This document shows, one piece after another, positions 1-12,200 of a stretch of 64,000 nt of DNA. Each line of letters opens with the position of its first letter. Positions within the stretch are counted from its first letter, which is position 1. Origin of the DNA: Tubiluchus corallicola (Eukaryota > Animalia > Priapulida); contig JAQGDQ010000637.1 in NCBI GenBank assembly GCA_030141605.1, forward strand, positions 1-64,000. The letters run 5' to 3'. Position numbers and translations under genes: made by a program. The notes beneath the pieces were generated by a model. That model saw only the letters and a list, made by a program, of their open reading frames with translations, did not search any database and had not been told where the DNA came from.

Positions 1-1
1 A

Positions 2-1055
2 TCATGTATATTAATTTCGCTGGTATATATGTAACCGACGAGGCTACGGCTCTGATGACGGCACTATTTTCAGCGATCTATACGTCAAATGAATGGTCCG
101 GACCCACTGATTTGCCATTGGGGTTTCATTTTTTGAATCTGGTCCACTGGGTGGAAATGAGGGGCGGCGAAAAACCTCCAAAATGGCCCTTTTTGACCGT
201 TTTTCAAAGATTTGCACCCTCGTGTAATGCAGATTAAGAGGCTATAATTATAATTATAATTCTCTTATTTCTAGAGAATAGGAATATGCCGAGAGTGCTG
301 CTCGTAAGGGTTTGATAGTCCGTTCAGTAAAAAAAGTCACTACACTTGTGTTCAAATTGATCTGAGAATTAAACCCATAGTCAATGTAGTAAATAAAAGT
401 TTATTGATACCAAGGTAACTGACAGTTACTCTTCACCGACTAGCCGAGGTTTCATGCAGTGACGTAACAGTAGTCGAAGGGTCACATAATAATCACAGTA
501 AATGAGATATACCACTTCACTAATCATTCAAGGTGACCAGGTTTCAGATAGACGTGTCATAAATCAGAGCTTATATTAGTGCTGATGATGATGGCAAAAT
601 AGTAGTTCATTTAATTTGTTCATAGTTCGAAAGTGTTAGAGCGAATCTTCACTGGTTAAAGTTTAAGAATTCACTACCAGGTAGTTCATGAACTGAGGTG
701 TTGATTTTACTCTTTAGTAGGTTTCAGTGTGTTGATTAACACCATGTAGGAGAAATGATCTAGCTGCATCTGATGGGGTTCTTTGACAGAGATTTATAGC
801 TCCTTGTAAAGAGGAGGAACAGAGCTGTATGAAGATGAGGGACTCTTTTCGGGTCACCTGAACCAGGAGAAGCAGGCGCAAGTTGATTGGAGGTTTCATT
901 TCAGAAGATTTTTACTGAGGCGAAGCCATTGTTGTAACGTCATTCCATTGTATTCTGCACGTAATTTTGGTTCAGTAAAAACAGCTGGATGTAGGTGGAT
1001 GTCGGATGTCCGCGCAATATTGAACATAAGTGCATTAATGCGGTGCCTTGGCTAG
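2..1055 (+). mobile_element. Probable non-autonomous Helitron
   Basis: a|TCATGTATATTAATTTCGCTGG start; candidate end GCTAG|t at 1051-1056 preceded by the palindrome GCATTAATGC. The same 5' end recurs inverted at 30397-30422. Confidence 0.4.
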
Positions 1056-1317
1056 TTCAATTTTCAACAACAGTGATAAATGATAACTTCAGTTAAGCTC
1101 TGATTCCATTGCATTATCATAGTTACGTGATATAGAAAGAGTGGTTCTCGTTTAGTTTAGGTGATGAAGAGATAACTGCCAGATGAATTACAAAAACCAT
1201 AAATTTGTAAATGCCTGTAATGGTAATTTTTGGATGACTTTTCTGTTCTTTCTCTTGTTCACAATGATCTGCCTAAAAAGGGAAACTTTTACAGGTGCAC
1301 ATGTTAATTTGTTGCAG

Positions 1318-3255
1318 GCCAGAGATGTGTCACTGAAATCACTGAAATTAGTTGATGATATTTCCAGTAGCATCATTAAACACAAGGTAGTACATGAAGA
1401 GGCAACTACGTTTACAACAGATTTAATGACAGTTTCACTGGAACGACTGAGAGTTACTGAACTTGGAGGTAGTTTTAGAAGCATTAGCTACATTCAGTAT
1501 GACTCAGTTAGCAATATTCAGCTTTTTGCTGTATTATTTTTAGCACGTAAAATCTTAGCACATTTTACAATTAATAACTGTATTTTTTACTTCTTATAGG
1601 TGCCCAGAAAAGCATGAAAGACATTGGATATTTTAAAATGCCCCCGTCCGATGTGCTATCAACTGAACAAGATTCTCTTGGTGTAGAGGTAATTAAGTAA
1701 TTTATTAAAAACTATCACGTAATAAAAGAAATGATAGGCAGAAGATACAGTATCATACATTATGCACTAATTAATTATTTAGCATACCGTAGGCAATGCT
1801 TATGTATATAAACTGGTTGTATGTTTGTAAAAATTTACCACTGATGATGACAGCAATAGCATTGTCGTAACGTTTTGACATGATTCTTAACTATGTAAAT
1901 TCAAAGTTTTAATAAAATTGTAGTGTTGTAACTATAAATTTTTAACTGATGTAGGTGTTTATAATTGTATAATAATAAATAATCTATTAATTGTATCTAA
2001 TCTTGCCATTAACGATAATCTCCCAGTTACTCAATTGTTGTTAATTACACAAATTGTTAATTAACTTACCATTTAGTGCCAATGCAAGCTGCTAAAACTC
2101 AAATGCTTCTGGATGTTCTTTCACTTCATAGGCTCAATTTAATGCAATGGTAATTCTTTATTTTTGACTTAATAACATTTCTGGCAGTTGTATTACATGG
2201 AGGACAATCCATTTGCCTGGAACGAGTCTGCAGTTTTGGTTGACACACCTATAGCTAGCATCTCTATCAGTGAACATAAGAATCTTTCATTTGTGGAAAG
2301 GCAGTTTGAAAAACCGCTGGAATTTTTTCTGAAAGTTGCAGGTACAAATAACAAAATCAATTTACACTCATATCTCGGTTTGCGAGTCCTCTCTTTTACG
2401 GATAGTGGAAAATTTGGACAGTGTCTGGTCTCTTAAAATGATCAGCATACTACTACGGACACAGTCCTTTGTTTCGCGAGCTGACTGCTATTTGACCTGC
2501 CCTCACTTTGTTTATATCAATACATCAGTGTAATCAAGCAGCGTGTAACGACTGTACTTAAAAGTGCAAAAAGAGTATAGAGTCAGTTATGCGGTGTAAT
2601 TTGAGTCAAATGTCGACAGTTTTATATACTTCTGCATTGGAGCAACCTGTACTAGACGTTTTTGCCACATTAAGGCAATTGCTTCTAAATTACCATTATT
2701 CTAATACAGGGCATACTATAATAATTGTCATAGTATCGGAAATATGGACAATCGGCAATCTTAGACCGACGTCGCCCCGATTTTGTCCGACAAACCAGGA
2801 TATGAGTGTATAAATTTCTAAAATGTAACTGAGACATAAAATTTTGCGTTTTGGTTTATGATTGTTTAAGCCTTTCGTATTATGTGTATGCATGTTTGTT
2901 TACAGCTGATTTTGTAGCGTCCATCGTGGCCACTATGATTATAATTATGAATATGGTTATATTCATTATAATGATAATAACGAAGATTTTTTTATTTTTA
3001 TGAACAGCAAAAATGTTGACCTTCTTAACGGTTATCATCACCTCAAGCAATGTTTGTTACTGATTCTGTAGATGCTAGTAAGTTGAGCAGTTTTATTTTT
3101 TTCTAGGAATAAATGTTGTCACCGTTGATTCGTACATCTTACAGACGACTGGCAATGTCTCCAACAAACACATCACAGTACATTCTTTCACAGTTGATGC
3201 TTATAGTAATGCTTTACTGATATTTCAGCATCTGCCAGTAGAAGTGTTGCTTAAG
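1318..3255 (+). CDS. Gene 1 exons 1-4 in window: GAIN-region (stalk) exons
   Basis: Spliced: ARDVSLKSLKLVDDISSSIIKHKVVHEEATTFTTDLMTVSLERL..GYFKMPPSDV..LYYMEDNPFAWNESAVLVDTPIASISI..KPLEFFLKV..HITVHSFTVDAYSNALLIFQHLPVEVLLK; NPFxW motif typical of PKD1-like GAIN. Confidence 0.8.
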
Positions 3256-6200
3256 GTAAATGACGTCATTAGGAAAGGTGATAATGTATTGAACCTCCGA
3301 ACTTCAGTAGCTCACAAAATTTGAATCAACAAACCCTCAGACTGATACTGCAACTTTGTTTCTAAATACCTGAGTCTAAGCATTAAAATTCCACAGAGTG
3401 TCTTTGTTAGGAATTCTTAATTCTTTTTGGAAAAGGAAATAAAAAAGGGACACAAATTTGTAAGCAGTTCGGTAAAGACTGCACTGTCAATATGTTGAAT
3501 TTATCTCCTATTTTGGCCATGATGACCACCTAGGCTGTACTGGACGATACATTTAATAATTTCTTTATCTGATACACCTTTCTACTATGCCACTGTTACC
3601 AACGGTCATGGCTTCCTTCAGCTAAATATATTTTTTTACAAAACATTTTTTGTTTCTACTTGATACACAGTAAATCCTATGTCCAAATTACGCGTATTTT
3701 ACATCACTGATAATAGCATTTTTGAAAGTCATGTTTGCAGTTATTTTAAAAGTTGTTTTAAAGTACAGAACATTGAGTTCACATTCATCAGTTATTATAA
3801 AAGTTCTTTAACATAATTTTTAACAGAAACATTTTGATTATGAGATGCACAAACAAACAGAATAAAATTTACGCGATTATAATAATAATAATAATAATAG
3901 TAATAATTATTATAATAATAAATAATAATAATTTACGCGTATTTTTATTATGAAGGTAGGCCGTGAATATCTGTGATACACTAAGAATAAACTGAGAAAG
4001 AATGTGCCTATGAATCGACTTTTCCTTATGTGCAAGACAAAGAAACTGAAGTTTTCTTAACTTATTTGCATAATCACAGATATTATGGTACTTTGACAAT
4101 AGCAGTTCTCGGTACCTAATCAATAAAAATTGACACTATTAAAAAGTAATCAATCATAAAGTTTGTTTTACATTCTGTGTGTTGCTAAAGCATCTTTTTA
4201 CATTCTATGAGTTGCTAAAACATTGGTTTACATTCTATGAGTTGCTAAAGCATTGGTTTACATTGCGTGAGTTGCTGAATCATTGTTTAACATTGTGAGT
4301 TGTTAAAACTTTGTTTTACATTATGTGAGTAGCTAAAACATTATTTTATGTTAAGTGATTTGTTAAAACATTATTTTATATTCTGTGAGTTGGTAAATAA
4401 GTACAATATAGTTACATTTTACTGGTTTATCTCCTTCATTAAAGAAGGGATTTGGCGATCAGTAAGAATCATTTTTGTAAAGTGCTAAGGGATTTGCACA
4501 TTCATAATATGTACAACCAATAGAGAAAATTAATATACAGTTTATATGCTTCATTTTAGGTGGTGCTCAAAAAGAATGTTAAGCCAACAATTGGAGATTT
4601 TAGCGAAGGCTCAAATATCGTGTATAATATGCCTGTAATTTCAACTGATGCATACACCAGCAAGTCTCCAGACAATGTCCTAAGTTTTTACAATGATGAT
4701 AATGTTGCCGCTGATTATTATGTTGGCTTATTATTTGACTCATTCTACACCCCCTCGTGTTATAAGGCATCTTTGAAATGCAAGAGTGAATTTACAGAAT
4801 GTGCGGAAAATGCTACAAAGAATTGTTTGAATTCACAGATTTGCACACACACTAAAATCTTATTGTGCAGTGTTGATAAGTGCCTAGAAAAAGAACCTTG
4901 TTATACAGACTGGGTGAAATATTGTAAGAAAGCATCAACTAACTGTCACAATGCATACAATGTTTGTTATGGATCTGTGCTGGACACATGTGACAACTAC
5001 CACGCAATGTGCAGATCTAACTGTACATTATTTAAAAATACTTGCTTAAAAAGCTGCCAAAAAATGTATGAAAATTGCTTTGTGGCGCTTAATAACTCTT
5101 GTGAAATTCCAGCTCATTGTATTAGAAACACGGAAGCTGCTTGTGAGGAAACATTGTCTATTGAAGCTGACCGTGAAATCTGTAGACGTTTTTACCATGA
5201 TTGCAGTAAAAACTACACAAATGACTGTGAGAAGAATTTCTTCAGATGCAATGGTTCGTGTTACCAATGTCACCCCAACTGCGACTCAGCACTTGTTGAA
5301 GATTGTACGTCAGATTGTGACCAGACACTGCTGTCCTGCAAATCACCTATCAAAGAATTTTGCAGGATGGAAACCATAGCCTATGAGAAAATATGTGCCA
5401 ATATCACCTGGCTAGACGAGCCTACAAACATCTCCATACCAGAAGAAAACATTACCATAGGTATTGACGAGCAACTGAAGACTTTCCCTGATACATTGGG
5501 AACCTCTTTGAGTGCAAAACATTATGCAGCTATTTTATATTACATAACATGCAAATGTGCAATTTGGATTTTTTACTAAACATTTAGTGTTTGTATTTTG
5601 TACTTTTAATAAAAACAAATAAGTAAATAGAACCCCGTTATAACGCAACCTGCCCTTTATAATGCCAAAGCTCGCTTATTGCCAAATTTTCTTGCAAAAC
5701 AAAATGTCTATACATTTGCAAGACATGTATGTTTTAATGCACCGTGATATAACACCAAACCCACTTAATGCCAACATTTTGACTGTACGCTTGACTGTAG
5801 TTTCACTAGAATTCAGATTTCAATTTTTATTTTATAAATACTATCAAACCAGGAACACACGCACCATTCTACCCTGGCTTATCATTAAAGCATTGATTCA
5901 AAATAACTGTTTAGTTGCAGAGAATGTGATATATCAGATATCAATACAGACTGCAGACGTGAAATATGCAGGTACAGCAGCAAGTGTGTCATTACAGCTG
6001 CATGGAAAGCATATAGACTCTGATAAAATTACCTTGGACAGCTCTTTTGGAAGTTTTAGACGTGCACAGTAAGGAATTCTTAATATCTTTGTAATATCTG
6101 ACATAATTTAAAATTAGGCAGGTACAATACTCCTGTTTGTATCGTTCATGCAGAGTGTTTAGTTCAACTTTTGATACTGAAACGTTTATGGAGGTTATCC

Positions 6201-9200
6201 AATTTTCAAAGATGATAAATTTGAATGGTCATGGAAAAGTCTTTCTTCAACAAAACCTAATTTATAAACATTTTTTGTCAAAAAGAAAGGTGAACTATAA
6301 AAATCAGAGAAATGTTGCTGGTCCACTATTGTCTCTTTTCAGAACTGATGATTTCAACATATCAACTATATCCGTGGGGACACTAAATTTCATAAGTGTT
6401 TGGCATGACAACCGATTCGTTGGACCCGCCTGGCTATTAGAGAAGGTTGGTATTTTTGTTCAGAAATTTCTGCAAGTGCGTTTGTTGGTCATGTCAATTT
6501 GTTCAGACTGGTTATTGCAGGTGCGTTTGTTGATCATGTCAATTAGTTCAAAATGATTGTCACAGGTGCATTTATTGATCATGTCTATTTGTTCAGAATG
6601 GTTATTGCAAGTGTGTTTGTTGATCATGTCAATTTGTTCAGACTGGTTATTGCAGGTGTGTTTGCTGATCATGTCTATTTGTTCAAAATGGTTATTGCAG
6701 GTGCGTTTGCTGATCATGTCTATTTGTTCAAAATGGTTATTGCAGGTGCGTTTGCTGATCATGTCTATTTGTTCAGAATGGTTATTGCAGGTGTGTTTGT
6801 TGATCATGTTAGTTTGTTCAGAATGGTTATTGCAAGTGTGTTTGTTGATCATGTCAGTTTGTTCAAAATGGTTATTGCAGGTGTGTTTGTTGATCATGTC
6901 AGTTTGTTCAAAATGGTTATTGCAAGTGTGTTTGTTGATCATGTCAGTTTGTTCAGAATGGATATTGCAGGTGTGTTTGTTGATCATGTCAGTTTGTTCA
7001 AAATGGTTATTGCAAGTGTGTTTGTTGATCATGTCAGTTTGTTCAAAATGGTTATTGCAAGTGTGTTTGTTGATCATGTCAGTTTGTTCAAAATGGTTAT
7101 TGCAAGTGTGTTTGTTGATCATGTCTATTTGTTCAAAATGGTTATTGCAGGTGCGTTTGCTGAGCATGTCAGTTTGTTCAGAATGGTTATTACAGGTGTG
7201 TTTATTGATCATGTCAATGTGTTCAGACTGGTTATTGCAGGTGTGTTTGTTGAGCATGTCAGTTTGCTCAGAATGGTTATTGCAGGTGCGTTTGTTGATC
7301 ATGTCAGTTTGTTCAAAATGGTTATTACAGGTGTGTTTGTTGATCATGTCAATTTGTTTACAATGGTTATTGCAGGTGCGTTTGCTGATCATGTCAGTTT
7401 GTTCACACTGGTTATTGCAGATGTATTTGCTGATCATAATCGGTCTAATTTAAATAAGTACCGTGCTACATGCTGTCTTCAGAATGCCAGTAGTAAATTT
7501 GGTATGAAAATGAATAATTGTTTTAAGCATGTGGCAACTGTCAACAAACTGTGTGAGTGACAGTGCTTGCTCTACCTAGCAGCAGTCACTAGCAGTGCAG
7601 CGTACAGCGTGTTATTTCAGACATGTGCACATGGTCGCATTTGCATAACAGCCAAACACATCATTGTGCTGGGCAGTGAAGCAAACAGTACTACCCTCAC
7701 GTTCCCTGAACCTTACAAGTATAAACTAAGAACTAAAAAGACTTATTATAGTGAATATTATTAATAATATTGAGTGGAAATAGGGGATGCTGCAATTCCA
7801 CAGTACCTATACACGAGCCGCCATTGGTTAAGGTTATTTCTTTTTTCTTGTGTTTTTTTTACTTGCGACTTTTCCTGTTACTTTTTATCAGTGGCTTTTA
7901 GCTGTGACATTTTTACCCGAGGCCTTTTTACCTGGATTCATTTTGGCATGTTTTCTCAGATTAAACTTGCTGTTCGTGTTTTCTTGAGTTTTAGTTTGTT
8001 ACGCCGTCAGTTTTCTCTACGTGATCTCATATGCCATCTGTCTTTGTGTCTGAATAAGTAAATTGTTTTAAAGGATAATTAGTTTTATAGGTTAATGACG
8101 ACAAACAAAAACTTCACTATGTTTCAGCTACGATGATAAATCAGTTTTTTTTTGCTTAGGTTGTAATCCGAGTGAGTTATCTGGAATATGCATGTCCGTG
8201 CATGACGTGGCTTGAGGGAGATCCGTCCACTAATTTGCAGAAAATTCCGTGTTTTCTTGCTGCTAATTATACACCACCAGGTATAAAGTAAACAACAAAC
8301 TAAACTGCTTTCAATTGGCTTTGGATGTAAACACTTTTCTTCATTTCTTTTAATACGTCTATTTATCTGTGTTACTGTGTTAGTAAGACTGAAACCTTTA
8401 TCACTGTATTTTGTTGAATATGTAAAACACATTTTAAAATATGACAATTGGCTTCTTACAGATGTTGAAATGATGATTATAGTATCAATTATGGAATACG
8501 TTTGCAATAAAGAATCTTGTTCTTATTATTATCTTGTAATTGGTCTCTAAATGCATTTGTCATTGCTTAGATAACAATGAAACACTTAGTACATCATATT
8601 TAGAAGTAGATTTTTCCTATTATAATTTTTTCAAGCCTTATAGACTATATTAGCATAGTCACCAATGATTCAATTATATTAATAAATAATTCAGTTACTA
8701 ATAAATCAAAATAAATTCAATTTCACTGTTTCAGTTCCTCCACAAACAACCAGATATAACTTTTCTCTCAGTTTTTACTCGTCTCAATGTTTGTACTGGG
8801 ATGAAATGTTAGAGGAGTGGTCCCAAGCTGGATGTGAGGTATGATTAGACATCTGATGTTCTTGAAAACAATTGAACTTTCGTTCGTAAGAAGTTTAGTT
8901 TAGTCTGCAGATGTGAAAAGTCTAAAATGCACAAAGTGCTTTCATTCAGTTTCATGCAATAATACAGAATTTCATATAGTTTCACACAGTAATATACAGT
9001 TTCATGTAATATATTTTTCATACAGTTTCAGACAGTTTCATACAGTAATATAGAGTTTTATACAGTTTCTTACAGAATATTTTTCATACAGTAATACACA
9101 GTTTCAGACAGTTTCATACAGTATATTTTTCACACAATAATACAGAATTTCATACAGTTTCAGACAGTTTCATACAGTAATATACAGGTTCAGACACTTT

Positions 9201-12200
9201 CACACAGTATATTTTTCATACAGTAATATAGTGTTTCATACAGTTTCTTACAGTATATTTTTCATACGGTAATAATTTTTCTTTTTCAAACGAAGTTGCT
9301 CATAATATCAATGTTGGTTTTAAAAAGACGTTGGATTCTTCAACAGAAATGTTTTGTTTATTAATCAATATCAGATCTTTTAAAAACAAATTTGCTTGTT
9401 TTGGCCATTTTATACATCATAAGAGCCAGTGATGCCTTATCTCATTCTTGTTACTGAAACCTGGCTTGATGAAGGATTTGTTCATCTGCTGTTTTTCCAG
9501 TTGTATACATAGCTATTCGTAAGCAACACCCTACACATTTTATCTAATATTTCTGCATGCATGTAGTTAGAAGATGATTACTTTAGTCTGTAAGTGTTAA
9601 AACTAAAATGCGCAAAGTCTTTCGTACAGTAAAATTAGTTATGTGATCGTGTGGTTTTGCTACGTTTACTTTTTGTATACATTTCACATTTACATGGTGC
9701 AAGACTCCTCCTTCAGTCTTGTGTTTCATCTTAAACGATAAGCATTGAAATTATGTGAGATTCCGGCTCTATTATTACCATTTTACTAACTTAATGCTGT
9801 TTGTTCATGTATTAATGCATTAGCTCTCCATCTGAGAGGTCATGAGTTTGATACTGTCGGCAGGTCATGCCAAAGACTTGAAAATGATACGTGCTATTGC
9901 CCTACTTGGCGCGTAGTATTTAGGGTAAAATTGGGATAATATTAGTATCAGTTATGTAGGTATAGACTGTTATTTACAGTCGGTCCAAAGTCTCTTTGGA
10001 GCTTGTTTTAATTGTTCACGCAAAAAGCAACTTTAAATAAAATTATTATTATTATTATTTTGACGTTGCCTTTGCCATTGAAAATCAAGAGAACAACGAT
10101 GGCTGTCATTTTTGTGGACACTAAAATCTTTATTAGCATGTGCAGTTTTTGGTTTTGACCACCACGTCTCAGTCAACTTAATCATTGACTCCATCATTGC
10201 AGTCACACACTCCATGTTGCTACCACACTGCACATAAAACACGTTGCTGTATGTCTCTGTACATGTTTGGGGACAATTGACCTCAATTGTATAACATCAT
10301 AATGCAGTATCAAGTCTTAATTGTTTTTGTTTTATCGTGTTTTAATGATGATTGTTTGTAATCTGTTCAGGTGGGACCAAGAGCAACAATGACACAGATT
10401 CATTGTAAGTGTTATCACATGACTGCATTTTCCGGGAAGTTTGTCGTGAAGCCGAATTTTGTTCATCCATTCAAAGACATCATTCTCTTCTTGGAGTTTT
10501 TTGATAATCCAGTAGTTGTCCTGTTTGTGTTATTAATCTGGTTGCTTTACCTGATAATGTTTCTGTACGCCAGGAAGAATGATCGGAGAGATGCTTTGAG
10601 GGTTTGTAATTTCATTTCCGCTTTTTCCAGGTTTGAAGCCTGGATTTGAACCTTAACAGTGTTGATGCGTTAGTGTGTGGGTCAGTTTATTCAACTTTAA
10701 AATAATATAGGATGTTTTCAAATGAAGGCTTGGAATACGAATATTGTGATATACTGAAATATGCTGAACAGATGACAATGAAATGTAGTTGAGAATTAAG
10801 ACATTTAGGAAGAGATTATGCTACAACAATTGCTGGAATTGTGCACCATTAACTTAAAGTGCTAAACAAGACTGAAAAACTATGAAACACACGATAAAGA
10901 TCAACAAGTTGAATGCTTTGAATAACACTTATTATCTTGTTTAAAAACTCTTACTTATGCATTATGATATCATAATGACCTAAAAATAACATTATATTTG
11001 TATGGCTCGGTTTTGCAAACATATAATTTGGTTTTGTAAAATCCAATATGCGAAATAGCATTTCTATTGCACTGCAACACCACATAATTATCAAACAGAA
11101 AGACAATTCACTTAACACTTTGGATTTCTTTACCTTTAACACTTAAACTTATGTTAACAAAACTGTCTATAAAACTTAAAGTTAATTAATTCTACCACTG
11201 TAAAAATTTTTTTAGGTGCAGTGGTAGTTGCCATTTACAGTTTACCAACTGTTGGTAACTGATGGACTAGTGACTTTTTATAAGAGTTCTCTTCTTATGC
11301 AATTCAAATTTCTGCAGCTTACTTAACGTTTATGCAAAAATATCGCAAAATTAGCTATGTAATTTAATTGAAAGCAGTTGATGGTGTGTTGCTTCTCTTT
11401 AACCGATGAGTGACGTCATTGGTGGAAAAATAAGCATTCAAAATGGAAACACCAAGTGTGAAATAATCAGGACTTTAAAGTAATTTCATTAGTTACATGA
11501 AGTGCTTATCACACTTTCGTTTCTAAATACTTCTAACATTTTTCTAAAACATTAAAATAAGCTTAACTTTGATGAAGGCTTGGTCTTTTCTTTAACAACA
11601 ATCATTAGGCTTATGATTGTCCTTAATAGCCCTGCTGATTACAATTTGTTGTAGTTTTTTCTAGTGTGACATTTTGTAAAATTGTAGGTGTTTTCACAAG
11701 TTTAGATGTTTGTTTTAAGCATAAACTGTTCTCTGTACTGCCACTGCTTTTGATTCATAATAACTGTAACTTCACCAATGTGAAACAAGTTTATGCAATT
11801 CTCTATGGAATTAACTCTTTACATTGCTGGCTGCCTTGCAACGTTGTCTGCCCTGAAACGTTCTCCTAGGTCAAAACTTCAGTTTGAAGCAATATAAACT
11901 TTTACCTTTGCAGTAGGATTCACTCACCGTTCCAATGTTTGTGATCATTATTACACGTAAGTGTATAACACTGACTTATTTTAACGAAATGCAGTAACTT
12001 AATCATAACAAGCTACAGAAAGTGTTATCTCATAATTGTTGACAGGTTGGTGTTACAATTTTAGAAGACAATGATCCTTTTGATAAATATGCTTATCTCA
12101 TCATCGTTTACACTGGAATGAGAAAAGGTGCTGGGACAACATCTAATGTTACCATTGCTATAGAAGGTAAGCATATAGCAATGACGTTACTAGTCTACAT

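Noticed and set aside
5461-5579. C-terminal extension of the 339-aa ORF as a standalone secreted Cys-rich protein
   Set aside because: No ATG or signal peptide; it begins at a splice acceptor and a donor at 5460 links it in phase to the next exon.
5625-5800. Possible old Tigger-like MITE (TAGAACCCCGTTATAACGC..TTGACTGTA)
   Set aside because: TIRs too degenerate to pair confidently.
6460-7560. 298-335 aa ORFs in three frames
   Set aside because: 45-bp minisatellite inside a GT-AG intron that splits a PLAT domain.
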